The translations under genes and the position numbers were made by a program. Of a stretch of DNA of 64,000 nt, positions 34,297 through 44,387 are shown one piece after another (position 1 is the first letter of the stretch; every line of letters starts with the position of its first letter). The notes beneath the pieces are model-generated. The model was not told the origin of the DNA, made no database searches, and worked only from the letters and a program-made list of their open reading frames with translations. The stretch is from an uncultured delta proteobacterium (lineage in GTDB: Bacteria > Desulfobacterota > Binatia > DP-6): assembly GCA_963815115.1 (NCBI GenBank), contig CAWFFN010000009.1:992001-1056000 (forward strand), read 5' to 3'.

Positions 34297-35484
34297 ATGC
34301 CACAGATGCCCATCACCGAGCTTGCCGACGCCGACGGCCACATCATCGAGCCTGGCGACCTCTGGGTCGAGCGCTTGCCGCGCGACCTGCGCGCGATGGC
34401 GCCGCGCTTCTATCGCGACGAGGAGGGACGGTTTCACCAGTGCATCTACGGCATCGACGTCGGGAACCTCGAGGTGATGTACGGCGGCATGCGGCCGAGC
34501 GACATGCTGCAGAGCATGGGGCTGGCGTGCGCCATGGGCATGCCCCTCGAACGGGTCTTCGCCAGCGACGAGCGCGAGCGCTTCACGATCCTCGACGCGC
34601 CCCGCTGGGCGCTGGACGGCCGCGAGCGCCTGGCCTTCAATACGCGGAACAGGGTGGGGCGCGCCGTGCTGTTCCCGACGTTCATGCTGTCGGGCGGCAC
34701 CTTCCTGCCGCATCTCGCGCCCGCCGTGTGCCGGGTCTACAACGACTGGATGGCGCACGACTACTGCGCCGGCTCGGGCGGCCGACTCATTCCCGCCGCC
34801 GCGCTGCCGACCATCGACGTGGACGCCTCGGTCGCCGAGGTGAGACGCACGGCCGCGCTGGGCTTCCCGGTGGCGTTCATCCGCACCAACTCCGTGCACG
34901 GCAAGAAGTACTCCGATCGCAGCTTCGATCCGCTGTGGCAGGCGATCGTCGACACCGGCATCAAGCTCGGCCTGCACCCGCTGCCGATGTGGGACCAGGA
35001 CGGCGTCGCCAAGGGCTACCGCCTCCCCGACATCATGGCGGCGTCGTGTCTCGGCTTTCCCATGGACATGATCCACACCCTGTACGACATGATGTGGGGC
35101 GGGGTGTTCGACCGCTTCCCCACCATGCCGACGATGATCCTCGAGGCCGGCGTCGGCTGGCTGCCGTCGATGTTCGAGCGCTTCGAGGAGCACCGCGAGA
35201 TGTTCGGCCGGATCAAGGCGCCCGAGTGGAAGACCCCGGCCATGGAGATCTTCCTGCGCCAGATGATGGTGACCGTCGAGGCCTGCGAGGAGACCGATCT
35301 CAGGATCGCGCTCGAGTTCCTGCCCGCCGATCACGTTGCCGTGGCGTCCGACTGGCCGCACTACGACGGCACGCCCGAGCTGCTCGCGGGCTTCGAGCGT
35401 GCCACTGCCGAGGCCGGGATCGGCCCCGAGGATGCGCAGACGCTCGCCACGGGAACGCTCGAGAAGTGGTTTCCGAGCCACTGA
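34297..35484 (+). CDS. Amidohydrolase_2 family metallo-hydrolase/decarboxylase
   Basis: DADGHIIEP, FPT, YNDW, LHP, ILEAGVGW, SDWPHYD. Confidence 0.85.
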   Translation: MPQMPITELADADGHIIEPGDLWVERLPRDLRAMAPRFYRDEEGRFHQCIYGIDVGNLEVMYGGMRPSDMLQSMGLACAMGMPLERVFASDERERFTILDAPRWALDGRERLAFNTRNRVGRAVLFPTFMLSGGTFLPHLAPAVCRVYNDWMAHDYCAGSGGRLIPAAALPTIDVDASVAEVRRTAALGFPVAFIRTNSVHGKKYSDRSFDPLWQAIVDTGIKLGLHPLPMWDQDGVAKGYRLPDIMAASCLGFPMDMIHTLYDMMWGGVFDRFPTMPTMILEAGVGWLPSMFERFEEHREMFGRIKAPEWKTPAMEIFLRQMMVTVEACEETDLRIALEFLPADHVAVASDWPHYDGTPELLAGFERATAEAGIGPEDAQTLATGTLEKWFPSH

Positions 35485-35497
35485 GCGACGCGCGTCG

Positions 35498-37039
35498 ATG
35501 ATCTACGGGCTGACCGCTCACGCCGCTGCGGCCCCGGACCGCAGCGCGCTGGTGTGCGGGATGCGGCGGCTCACCTACGGTGAGCTCGACGGCTGGGTCA
35601 ACCGCATCGCGCACGTGCTCGCGGCGCGCGGTCTCGGTCCGGGCGGGCGCGTGGCGATCCTCCTTCCGAACGGTCCCGAGTTCCTCGCCGTCACGCACGC
35701 GGCTGCGAAGCTCGGCGCGCTCGCGGTCCCCATCAACTGGCGCTGGCGCCGTGGCGAGATCGCCTACGTGCTCGAGGACGCGGCGCCCGACGTGCTCGTG
35801 CTGGACCGCGCGTTCCTGGAGGAGGGCGCGCCGGCGCGCGCGGCGGCGGGACGGCCGGCGGCGGACCGCTGCCTGGTGGTCGGCGGCGGCGCCGATCTGC
35901 CGTCCTTCGAGGACGCCGTCGCGGCGGCGCCGGACACGCCGCCCGCCGCCGCGCTCCCGACCGGGGGCTTCAACGTGCTCGTCTACACGTCCGGCACCAC
36001 GGGCCGCCCCAAGGGCGTCGTGCACCCGACGTTCGATCCCGCGGCCGGCTTCGAGGCGCAGAAGCGGCTCGTCGACATGTGGGGATTCCGCACCGACGAC
36101 GTCCACCTGGTGGTCGGACCGATGTATCACACCATGCCGAACGCCTACGCGGCCCAGCATCTCTTCGTGGGCGCCACCGTGGTGATCATGCCACGCTTCG
36201 ACGCCGAGGAGTGCCTGCGCGCCATCGCCGCCGAGCGCGTGACGACGAGCAGCATGGTGCCCGCGCACTTCATCCGCATCGTCGAGCTGCCGCCCGGCGT
36301 GCGCTCCGGTCACGATCTCTCGAGCGTGCGCAAGATCCTGCACGCGGCGGCGCCATGCCCGCCGGAGGTGAAGCGGCGCATCATGGAGGTCTTTCCTCCC
36401 GACACGATCTGGGAGTTCTACGGAGCCAGCGAGGGACCGGGGACGATCATCAGCCCGTCGGAGTGGCTCGAGCGGCCCGGCAGCGTCGGCCGTCCGTGGC
36501 CCGGCGTCACCGTGAAGATCCTCGACGACGACGGTGGGGAGCTGGCGTCGGGCGAGGTCGGGACGATCTACCTGTCGACGCTCGGCAGCAGGAAGTTCTC
36601 CTACCGCAACGCGCCGGAGAAGACGGCGGCCGCGTTCCGGGGCGACTTCTTCACCGTCGGCGACATGGGCTGGCTCGACGACGCCGGCTACCTCTACATC
36701 GCCGATCGGCGCACCGACATGGTGATCTCGGGCGGCGTCAACATCTATCCCGCCGAGATCGAGGCCACGCTGCTCGCGCATCCCGCCGTCGTCGACGCCG
36801 CCGTCTTCGGCGTTCCCGACGAGCGCTGGGGCGAGTCGCTGCGGGCGGTGGTCGAGCCGCGCCCCGGGAACGAGCTCAGCGCGGAGTCGCTCCAGGCCTG
36901 GTGCCGCGAGCGACTCGCCGACTACAAGACGCCGCGCAGCGTGGAGCTCGTCGCCGAGCTCCCGCGGGATCCGAACGGCAAGGTGCTCAAGCGCCAGCTC
37001 CGCGAGCCGTTCTGGGCGGGGCAGGCGCGCCGGGTGTGA
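35498..37039 (+). CDS. Acyl-CoA synthetase (AMP-forming)
   Basis: YTSGTTGRPKG, YGASE, GDMG, DRRTDMVISGGVNIYP.EIE, NGKVLK. Confidence 0.92.
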   Translation: MIYGLTAHAAAAPDRSALVCGMRRLTYGELDGWVNRIAHVLAARGLGPGGRVAILLPNGPEFLAVTHAAAKLGALAVPINWRWRRGEIAYVLEDAAPDVLVLDRAFLEEGAPARAAAGRPAADRCLVVGGGADLPSFEDAVAAAPDTPPAAALPTGGFNVLVYTSGTTGRPKGVVHPTFDPAAGFEAQKRLVDMWGFRTDDVHLVVGPMYHTMPNAYAAQHLFVGATVVIMPRFDAEECLRAIAAERVTTSSMVPAHFIRIVELPPGVRSGHDLSSVRKILHAAAPCPPEVKRRIMEVFPPDTIWEFYGASEGPGTIISPSEWLERPGSVGRPWPGVTVKILDDDGGELASGEVGTIYLSTLGSRKFSYRNAPEKTAAAFRGDFFTVGDMGWLDDAGYLYIADRRTDMVISGGVNIYPAEIEATLLAHPAVVDAAVFGVPDERWGESLRAVVEPRPGNELSAESLQAWCRERLADYKTPRSVELVAELPRDPNGKVLKRQLREPFWAGQARRV

Positions 37040-37140
37040 GACCTTCCGGCGCGCGCGGGAGGAGCCCGCCCTTCTGTCGCCGTTCGGCTTTCAAAAGCGC
37101 CCTCTGCAGTCACTTGCCCGTCCATCTGGGAAACGGTGGA

Positions 37141-38703
37141 TCAGGGGAGAAATCGTATGCGCCCAGCGAGAATGGCAACGAGGGATTGGGTGCGCGGTCT
37201 ACTCCGGGCGTACACCGCGGCGCTCAGATGCACATCGATCGGGCCGGCCCGCAGGAGTCGACGACCGACCGGATTCAGCTGAACCGGGACCCTCGTCCGA
37301 TAGTCGTTCGTCGGGCGAAGGATGCCGCGTGCCGTTCTGGTCACGAACGACGGCTCTGCGGTCCCGGACACCACGGCGCCGCGCAGGACGAGCTTCAGCT
37401 TCTCCCCCGCTCCCTGGCGCGGGAACTCCACCGAGACCATCGCGCGTTTCCGCGTCGTGGACTGATCGCCGAGCCCGCGACAGCACGGAGCGTATAGCTC
37501 GGCGAGCCCGAGCCGCTCGGCCTCTTCGGAGGCGCCCCACCCGGGATACCCTGCTACGAGCCGGTCGCCGGCGAGGTCGACGGCGCAAATCCCGAAACCG
37601 GCAGTGGCCGATGCCTCGGGCACCAACATCGCCTTCAAGGCGCCGGTCGCGGAGTCATAGACGGCGACGCCGGCCCGGCCTCCCACGACCGCTTGCCCGC
37701 CTCCCATTCGCACGCAACTTCCGAAGGACGTGATCAGGGGGCACGTCGACCCGACCACACACCGACGCCCGGGAACACGCGGGGGCTGCTCGAGGGCGCC
37801 CAACGAGGCGCCCGTCGTAGTATCGAAGAGGTATGCGCGTCCGCTGGTATTCAGCGGAGCGAACCGCCCGGCGTCCGGCGCGCCGACCAGGACACGGTCA
37901 CCAGCGACGGCGACGCTGGCCCCGAAGCCATCGCCGCTCTGTGGCTCGGGACTGCTGAGCGTTCGCAACGCAGCGCCGCTGCGAACATCGAAAAGGTTCA
38001 CCAGACCCGAGATCGGGACGCCGCGCTCGCTTCGGGCCGGCACCCCGACGGCGATCGTCTGCTCATCGAGCCCGACGGATGACCCGGAACCCCCGATTCT
38101 CAGCAGTCTGCTCCAGGTCCCGATGTCGAGGACGTCGACGACCCCCGCGGTCCGCCCGAAGAAGGACCACCACACGACGGCCACGTGGGACCCCGACACG
38201 GCCAGGTCGGAAGCCGTCGAGTACCCTGCAGGGCCGTCGATCATTCGCTCGAGCTGGCCGCTGGCGAGGTCGATGACGGAGAGGCCGCTGGTGGTCGCGA
38301 CCAGGATCGATCCCCCGACGACCGCGATCGCCTCTCCGAAGCGATGCTCCCCACCCACGATCGGAGCAGGATCGAAGATCGTTCGTTGCAGGGCACCGGA
38401 CTCCGCGTCAAACACGTGGAGTGCGCCCGCCGAGGTGTTCACCAGGACTCCGGCGACCGGCACGGCGACGACGGCGCTCGGCTCGCTCACGACGAGGACT
38501 CGATCGTCGAGGTCGACGGCGTGACCGAACTCCTGGAGTCCGAACCCGAAGCGCGGATGGTCGAGGGGGCTGGACAACCTCAGGACCTGCGCCTGCGGGG
38601 CAGAGACTGGTGCGATGATCAGGCCGGCCGCCAACCCCAGCGTCAGCGCCTGTCCGGCGCGCCGACGGAGGGGCGAGGCGGAGGGACCATGCCCGCTTGT
38701 CAT
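37141..38703 (-). CDS. Secreted FG-GAP-like beta-propeller repeat protein
   Basis: Signal-like hydrophobic stretch; repeats FGHAV, FGEAI, FGASV..VGAP, G.V.LFD..SG; start uncertain. Confidence 0.65.
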   Translation of the reverse strand: MTSGHGPSASPLRRRAGQALTLGLAAGLIIAPVSAPQAQVLRLSSPLDHPRFGFGLQEFGHAVDLDDRVLVVSEPSAVVAVPVAGVLVNTSAGALHVFDAESGALQRTIFDPAPIVGGEHRFGEAIAVVGGSILVATTSGLSVIDLASGQLERMIDGPAGYSTASDLAVSGSHVAVVWWSFFGRTAGVVDVLDIGTWSRLLRIGGSGSSVGLDEQTIAVGVPARSERGVPISGLVNLFDVRSGAALRTLSSPEPQSGDGFGASVAVAGDRVLVGAPDAGRFAPLNTSGRAYLFDTTTGASLGALEQPPRVPGRRCVVGSTCPLITSFGSCVRMGGGQAVVGGRAGVAVYDSATGALKAMLVPEASATAGFGICAVDLAGDRLVAGYPGWGASEEAERLGLAELYAPCCRGLGDQSTTRKRAMVSVEFPRQGAGEKLKLVLRGAVVSGTAEPSFVTRTARGILRPTNDYRTRVPVQLNPVGRRLLRAGPIDVHLSAAVYARSRPRTQSLVAILAGRIRFLP

Positions 38704-38981
38704 AATGGGGCATAGTTTTGTCATTGCAAACCGACTCTGACAAGCAGGATTTTCACCGCATCGACGGTGCGTGCTCGCACGAACGCCGGCCTCTGAATGA
38801 CAGCGGCCGGCTGACATCGCCGGAGCGGCCGCCCGCCGCCTCCAGGGGGTGACGACCGTCGCAGGCCACGGGCACGCTCACCGCAAGACATCGCCTTGTT
38901 CTTCGGCTGCCCCAGGACAAGCCGGCGCTCGGTTTGATGGGAGCGCCACCGTCGTGTTACCCGAGCGACCGCGAACCTCAC

Positions 38982-40478
38982 GTGAAGCTCTCGCGCACGG
39001 TACTCCCGCGGGCACAGGGCCTCGCGCTGATCGCTCCCCTGCTCGCCACGCTCGCGGTGTGGGCACCGCTCCGCAACGACTACTTCCACGGCGACGACTT
39101 CTTCCACCTCTACGACATCGTCACGCTGCCGCTGCGGCACCTGCTCGGCCAGGTCTGGGGCGGGCATTTGCTGGTTCTCTACAATGCCGCCTTCTGGAGC
39201 ATGTTCCAGCTCTTCGGCACCGACCCGCGCGGGTACGCGTGGACGGTGCTGGCCACTCACCTGGTGAACACCGCGCTCCTCTTCCACGTCATCCGACAGA
39301 TGACCTGGCCTTTCGGCGGCGTGGCGCTCGCGTGCTTCGGCGCCATGCTCTGGGGAACCTGTCCCACCCTCGCGGGAGCTCTCGGCTGGTACTCGGTCTA
39401 CCCTCAGGTGCTCCTCACCACGCTCGTGCTGAGCGTCCTCTGGAGCTTCGGACGCCTGCTCCGGACCGGAGCACCGCTCTCGGCGAGCACCGCCGTCGTG
39501 TGGGCGGCCGTGCTCGCCGGCGGCGCCACGTGCTTTGGCACGGGGCTCGGCGTTGCGGCTGCCTTTCCACTGGTGGTGTCGGTTGCGTTGCCCCGGAGCC
39601 GGCTGCCACGACGCAGCACGCTCGTGCTCGTCGGCGGCGCCGTCCTCACGGTTGCCGGCTACCGGCTTGCGCTCATGCGCTCTGCCGACGTGGTGCCGGA
39701 GGCAAGCGCGGCATTCTCGCTGCCCTCCACCCCGGCACTCCTGACCGCCGCGCTCGGACTCGCGACGCATCTCGTCGGGTTCGGGGGGGCTGCCCTCCTG
39801 CTCGACGGGCTCGGCGGCCATCAGCGATTGCCGGACTGGATACAGATCGCCGGCGCCAGCACGCTGCTGCTCCTGGTCGTCGCCGCCTGCGCCAGCACGG
39901 ACCTGACCGGCCGCCGTCGCCTCGTCGCGCTCGCGCTCCTTGCCGGCAGCGCCTACGGGGTGGTCGCGGCCGGACGATCGGCCGTCTACGCGGCCGCCCG
40001 CGTGCCGCTCACGATGGCGGCCAGGGCCGAGCGCTACCACTACCTCCCGCTGGCGCTGGTGACGCTCCTCCTGTGCGTCGCGCTGGCGGAGCTCGCCCGC
40101 CGCGGAAGAGCCGCATCCCGCGCCGTTTCCGCCGCGGTCGGTCTCTGGATGCTCTCCCGGCTGGTCATGCTCGCCCTCTTCCCCGTCCCGCTCGAGCTGG
40201 CCGATCTGCAGCGCGCGGCGGTGTCGGCGGTGCTGCGGAGCGTCCGGGACCAGGCCGCCCGCACGCCGCCGGGCGAGGCGGTGGTGATCGAGAACCGCCC
40301 GTTCGGAGCGAGCCTCTTCCTCCCGGCCCTCATGCCCGGCAACGCCGCGGTGTTCCTGGTCTTCTCCTCCGAGAACGCCGTCGACGGACGCCCCGTGCGG
40401 TTCGTCGTCTCCCAGGAGGAGTGGCAGCGAGCACAGGCGCGTGGAGGCCGCATCGCCGAGCTGCTCGTGCGGCCCTGA
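38982..40478 (+). CDS. Polytopic membrane protein, GT-C-like glycosyltransferase
   Basis: YFHGDDF acidic motif after TM1, H..N..LL, ERYHYLP; about 11-12 TM helices. Confidence 0.55.
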   Translation: MKLSRTVLPRAQGLALIAPLLATLAVWAPLRNDYFHGDDFFHLYDIVTLPLRHLLGQVWGGHLLVLYNAAFWSMFQLFGTDPRGYAWTVLATHLVNTALLFHVIRQMTWPFGGVALACFGAMLWGTCPTLAGALGWYSVYPQVLLTTLVLSVLWSFGRLLRTGAPLSASTAVVWAAVLAGGATCFGTGLGVAAAFPLVVSVALPRSRLPRRSTLVLVGGAVLTVAGYRLALMRSADVVPEASAAFSLPSTPALLTAALGLATHLVGFGGAALLLDGLGGHQRLPDWIQIAGASTLLLLVVAACASTDLTGRRRLVALALLAGSAYGVVAAGRSAVYAAARVPLTMAARAERYHYLPLALVTLLLCVALAELARRGRAASRAVSAAVGLWMLSRLVMLALFPVPLELADLQRAAVSAVLRSVRDQAARTPPGEAVVIENRPFGASLFLPALMPGNAAVFLVFSSENAVDGRPVRFVVSQEEWQRAQARGGRIAELLVRP

Positions 40479-40515
40479 GCTACCGCTCCCGATGCGACGA
40501 GCGGTATAGGTCCTC

Positions 40516-41571
40516 ATGCTCGTCCGGCTCCTCGTCGTCGCCCTCGCGCTTCTCAACGTGCCGGCGCATGCCGAGCATGTGGCGCTCGGGTCCGGTGGCC
40601 TCGACGGCCTCATCGTCCCCCACCGGGGCCGTGCCATGAGTGCGACCAGCGCCGATCCGACCGGGGGGAACCAGGACTTCCGGATCATTCCCCCGGGCGA
40701 CACCCTGACGATCCTCGACTACAGGGGCGCCGGCATCATCCGGCGCCTGCACATGACCTTCACTCCGCGCCCGCCGCTGGCAACGCCCGAGCAGACCGTC
40801 AGCGCCCACCGGCAGGTGATCCTGCGGATGTACTGGGACGACGAGAAGAGCCCGAGCGTCGAGGTGCCGCTGGGTGACTTCTTCGGCGTGGGCTTCGGCG
40901 AGCAGCGCGACTACGTCTCCCTGCCGCTGTCGGTGACCAGCGGGGGCTACAACTCGTACTGGCCGATGCCCTTCCGCCGGGCCGCCCGCATGACGCTCAC
41001 CAACCTGGGCAAGGACGGATTCATGGCTTTCTGGAACATCGATTTCACGGCCCGGCGCGCGTTGCCGAAGACCGTCCTGCTCTTTCACGCCCAGTGGCGT
41101 CGCGAAAACCCGACCACCGTCGGCCAGAGCTACACGATCCTCGAAGCGCGAGGCGCCGGTCAGTACGCCGGCACCGCGCTGTTCATGCGCGGCCTCGCTC
41201 CGATCCCGTTCGGCTTCCCATTGTTTTTTCTCGAGGGCGACGAGCGCGTCGTCGTCGACGGCGACGCTACGCCGGCGGTCGCTGGCACCGGCACCGAGGA
41301 CTACTGCAACGGCGGCTGGTACTTCGAGCACGGACCGGTCGCCGGTCCCTACGCGGGCGCGGTCATCGTCGATCCGGTCGCGTCGCGCGTGAGCTGCTAT
41401 CGCTGGCACATCGAGGATGCCATGCCGTTCCGGAAGTCGATCAGCATCACGATCGAGCACGGCCCGACGAACAACATGAACGCCGACTACTCGAGCGTCG
41501 CCTATTTCTATCAACGCGAACCCCACGCGCCATTCCCGCCGCTGCCGGACGCGGCCGGGCTGCTGCCGTAG
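40516..41571 (+). CDS. Secreted DUF2961 / glycoside hydrolase family 172 protein
   Basis: GNQD, LRMYWD..PSVEVPLGDFF, YWPMPF, FHAQWRR, EGD, GTGTEDY, YRWH..D, YSSVAYFYQ. Confidence 0.88.
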   Translation: MLVRLLVVALALLNVPAHAEHVALGSGGLDGLIVPHRGRAMSATSADPTGGNQDFRIIPPGDTLTILDYRGAGIIRRLHMTFTPRPPLATPEQTVSAHRQVILRMYWDDEKSPSVEVPLGDFFGVGFGEQRDYVSLPLSVTSGGYNSYWPMPFRRAARMTLTNLGKDGFMAFWNIDFTARRALPKTVLLFHAQWRRENPTTVGQSYTILEARGAGQYAGTALFMRGLAPIPFGFPLFFLEGDERVVVDGDATPAVAGTGTEDYCNGGWYFEHGPVAGPYAGAVIVDPVASRVSCYRWHIEDAMPFRKSISITIEHGPTNNMNADYSSVAYFYQREPHAPFPPLPDAAGLLP

Positions 41572-41579
41572 GTGATGAC

Positions 41580-42365
41580 CTACCCCAGCATGATCATGCC
41601 GCCGTCGACCACCAGCACCTGCCCGGTCATCATGTCGGAGTCCTCGGACGCGAGGAAGACGGCGGTACCCGCCAGATCCTGCGGCTGCAGAGGCTTGCGC
41701 AGCGCGCTGAACATGACCAGCGGTCCCAGGATCTCCTCGGGGACGATCTTCTTGGTGGCCTCGGTCATGGTGACGCCGGGTGCGATGGCATTCACGTTGA
41801 TGCCCCAGGGACCGAGCGCGCCGGCCATGTACTTGGTGAGTCCCGAGACGCCGATCTTGGCCACGCTGTAGTGGAAGGGCGGCATCGGCAGGTCGGGGTT
41901 CTCGGTCTCGACCATGCCGACGTTGCCGAGGTAGGCCGCGGTGGACGACTGGTGGATGATCTTCCCGCGGTGCTGGCGCTTCATGTGCCGCTCGACGGCG
42001 CGGCTCATCAGCCAGGCGCCGGTGAGGTTCACGGAGAGCACGCGATTGAAGTAGGCGAGCGAGTTCTCGGTGCGATCGAGGTCGTAGTAGATGGCAGCGT
42101 TGTTGATCAGGATGTCGACGCCGCCGAAGCGTTCGACGGTTCGCGCCACGACCTCGTGCGTGCTCGCCTCGTCGGAGACGTCGAGCCGCAGCGCGACCGC
42201 GTCGGGGCCGAGGCCACGGCATTCCGCCGCGACGCCCTCCGCCCCGTCCTCGCGCAGGTCGGCGACGACCACCTGCGCCCCTTCGCGTGCGAAGCGCAGC
42301 GCGTAGGCCTTGCCGATGCCCTGCGCCGCGCCGGTGATGATGGCCGTCTTGCCCGCAAGTCGCAT
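41580..42365 (-). CDS. SDR family oxidoreductase
   Basis: TGAAQGIG, NNAA, YSVAK, NAIAPG, MTGQVLVVDGG. Confidence 0.93.
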   Translation of the reverse strand: MRLAGKTAIITGAAQGIGKAYALRFAREGAQVVVADLREDGAEGVAAECRGLGPDAVALRLDVSDEASTHEVVARTVERFGGVDILINNAAIYYDLDRTENSLAYFNRVLSVNLTGAWLMSRAVERHMKRQHRGKIIHQSSTAAYLGNVGMVETENPDLPMPPFHYSVAKIGVSGLTKYMAGALGPWGINVNAIAPGVTMTEATKKIVPEEILGPLVMFSALRKPLQPQDLAGTAVFLASEDSDMMTGQVLVVDGGMIMLG

Positions 42366-42412
42366 GCGGGCGGCGGTACCACCCGGGCGAAAACGCTGTC
42401 AACGATCGCCGG

Positions 42413-42646
42413 CTACCAGAGATGCTCTTCGCGTTCCGCGTCCCTCTCGAGCGCGTCCTCGAGCGTCTCGAACGAGATGGTCCGGAAGCGGTTCAGGCGC
42501 GACGGGATGTGGGAAACCGGCCAGTCGATCTCGAGCTCGCCGGCGTGGTTGACGCGGTGTTCCGGCGGAGCCGGACCGTCCGTGTAGGCCGGGTCCATCG
42601 CCGGATCGAGCGGCTTGAGAGGGTAGAGCGAGCAGTTGGACATCAT
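42413..42646 (-). CDS. Small acidic hypothetical protein (77 aa)
   Basis: GAGGAGGG SD before ATG-ATG; GC3-biased codons; no family recognised. Confidence 0.6.
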   Translation of the reverse strand: MMSNCSLYPLKPLDPAMDPAYTDGPAPPEHRVNHAGELEIDWPVSHIPSRLNRFRTISFETLEDALERDAEREEHLW

Positions 42647-42778
42647 CGCAACGCCCTCCTCGGGGTGCTCTCGCCACAACGTAGCCCACAATGCCGGCGA
42701 CACTCAAGCGGCTTTCGCATTCCCTTGACTCCCGGATGGCAGGCTGCTCCACACTCTGACGCCCACAGGAGGAGCGAC

Positions 42779-43534
42779 ATGACCGACGCGAGCCGCGAGT
42801 TCCGCACCATAGCCGCCGGGCGGGCAGCGCCCGCCGCCCCCGTCGACGACTACCTGGCGGAACTCGACCGGCTGATCGCCGCGCACGACTACTTCGCCCA
42901 GGACCGGGTGATCCCCGCCATCGGGTGCGGCATCGCGTCGCGCGAGGTGGTGCAGAAGGTGGCCCTCGAGTTCTACACCCTCGGCAAGTGGATGACGCCC
43001 GAGTTCTCGATGCTGATCGCGAACGCGCCCGATGCCTACGCGTTCACGATGGAGGACTCGGTCCACTATCATCACTGGGCGCAGAACTTCGCCGACGAGG
43101 CGGGCTACCTGCGCGACCCGAACCACGTGCAGATGAAGGTCGACTTCTGCCACCAGCTCGGGCTCACCGACGACGACATCAGGCGCTACCAGCCGCTGCC
43201 CGAGACCATCGCCATGACGTGCACGATGCTCTACTACGTCCGCCGCTCGTACGAGGAAGGCCTCGCCGTCTTCGGCTACGCCGGCGAGCGCGTCGCCGCC
43301 GGCAGCGGGTACGCCAAGACGCTGTACGATGGCCTGCGGACCCACTACGGCGTGGGCGTCAAGAACTTCGAGGTCCACGCCTACGCCGAGCCGGACCACG
43401 GGCAGAAGGCCGCCGATCTCTTCCGGCTCGTCGTCGAGACGAGAACGGCTCAGGAGCGCTGCCGCGACGCCATCCGCAACTACCTGCTGGTAGCCGAGGC
43501 TCGGGTCCGCACGATGAACAGCTGGGTCGCGTGA
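42779..43534 (+). CDS. Heme-oxygenase-like diiron enzyme (PqqC/CADD/TenA superfamily)
   Basis: NFADEAG..PNH, GE, FEVHAYAEPDH metal-ligand pattern; AGGAGG SD. Confidence 0.7.
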   Translation: MTDASREFRTIAAGRAAPAAPVDDYLAELDRLIAAHDYFAQDRVIPAIGCGIASREVVQKVALEFYTLGKWMTPEFSMLIANAPDAYAFTMEDSVHYHHWAQNFADEAGYLRDPNHVQMKVDFCHQLGLTDDDIRRYQPLPETIAMTCTMLYYVRRSYEEGLAVFGYAGERVAAGSGYAKTLYDGLRTHYGVGVKNFEVHAYAEPDHGQKAADLFRLVVETRTAQERCRDAIRNYLLVAEARVRTMNSWVA

Positions 43535-44178
43535 GTCCCGACGCTCGGCGCGCGCGCCGCCCCGGGCGGCCCGCCGGAGCGAGCGGCGATCGGACCCGGG
43601 AACGGGTGCTCCGCGCTGGCGTCGCCATATTCGGACGCCAGGGCCTGGCCGGCACCTCGGTGCGGGACATCGCGCGCCACGCCCGGATCCGCGTCTCGAG
43701 CCTCTACCACTACTTTCCTTCCAAGGAGGCGCTCTACGGCGCCGTCCAGGAGCGCGTGCACGGACAGGTGCGCGAGCTGGTCGTCTCCGCCCTCGGTCAG
43801 GGTCTGGACCTGCGGGAAACCACCCGGGCCGCGGTCGGCAGGCTCTTCGATCTCTTTCTCGCCAACCCCTCGTTCGTGCAGCTCGGCTACCGGACGGCGC
43901 TGGAGAGCCCATCGCGGTTCGGCGCCGAACGGCGGATCGCGGATCGCTGGCTCGGCCTCCTCGACGGGGTGCTGAGGCCGGCGCAGGAGCGGGGCGAGAT
44001 CAAAGGCATCGATCCCGTGCTGTTCATGGTGACGATCGACGGGCTGGTACACTGGCACATCGTCAACGACGGGCTCTACCGCCAGCTGCTCGGCCAAGGC
44101 CTCGACGATGCCGACGTCGCCCGGCGGGTCCGCGAGCACGTCATCACCGTGGCACTGCGCACCCTGGGACTCGAATGA
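43531..44178 (+). CDS. TetR/AcrR family regulator
   Basis: RERVLRAG..F...GTSVRDIARHA...SSLYHYFPSKEALY; GTGA overlap with the upstream gene. Confidence 0.9.
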   Translation: MSPDARRARRPGRPAGASGDRTRERVLRAGVAIFGRQGLAGTSVRDIARHARIRVSSLYHYFPSKEALYGAVQERVHGQVRELVVSALGQGLDLRETTRAAVGRLFDLFLANPSFVQLGYRTALESPSRFGAERRIADRWLGLLDGVLRPAQERGEIKGIDPVLFMVTIDGLVHWHIVNDGLYRQLLGQGLDDADVARRVREHVITVALRTLGLE

Positions 44179-44198
44179 GGCAGGGCTCAGGGCAGACC

Positions 44199-44244
44199 TT
44201 GACACGGGGCGTCGGACGGTTATTCTATCGAACGATCGTTCGAT
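44199..44244 (+). promoter_or_regulatory. Sigma70 promoter with a perfect 18-bp palindromic operator
   Basis: TTGACA(44199)-16 nt-TATTCT(44221), then ATCGAACGATCGTTCGAT (44227-44244). Confidence 0.75.
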
Positions 44245-44258
44245 TACGGAGAGAGAAA

Positions 44259-44381
44259 GTGCCCAACCTCGTGGACATGACCCTGATGCTGCGCCCGTTC
44301 TTCTGGCTGATGGTGGGGATTGCCGGGCTGGCACCCGTTGCCATCGCCGTGGCCCGCCGGTTCGCGCCGCCCGTCTCCTGA
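44259..44381 (+). CDS. Small single-TM peptide (40 aa, MPNLVDMTLMLRPFFWLMVGIAGLAPVAIAVARRFAPPVS)
   Basis: GGAGA SD, GTG start, dedicated promoter, hydrophobic helix followed by RR. Confidence 0.5.
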   Translation: MPNLVDMTLMLRPFFWLMVGIAGLAPVAIAVARRFAPPVS

Positions 44382-44387
44382 GTGGCC

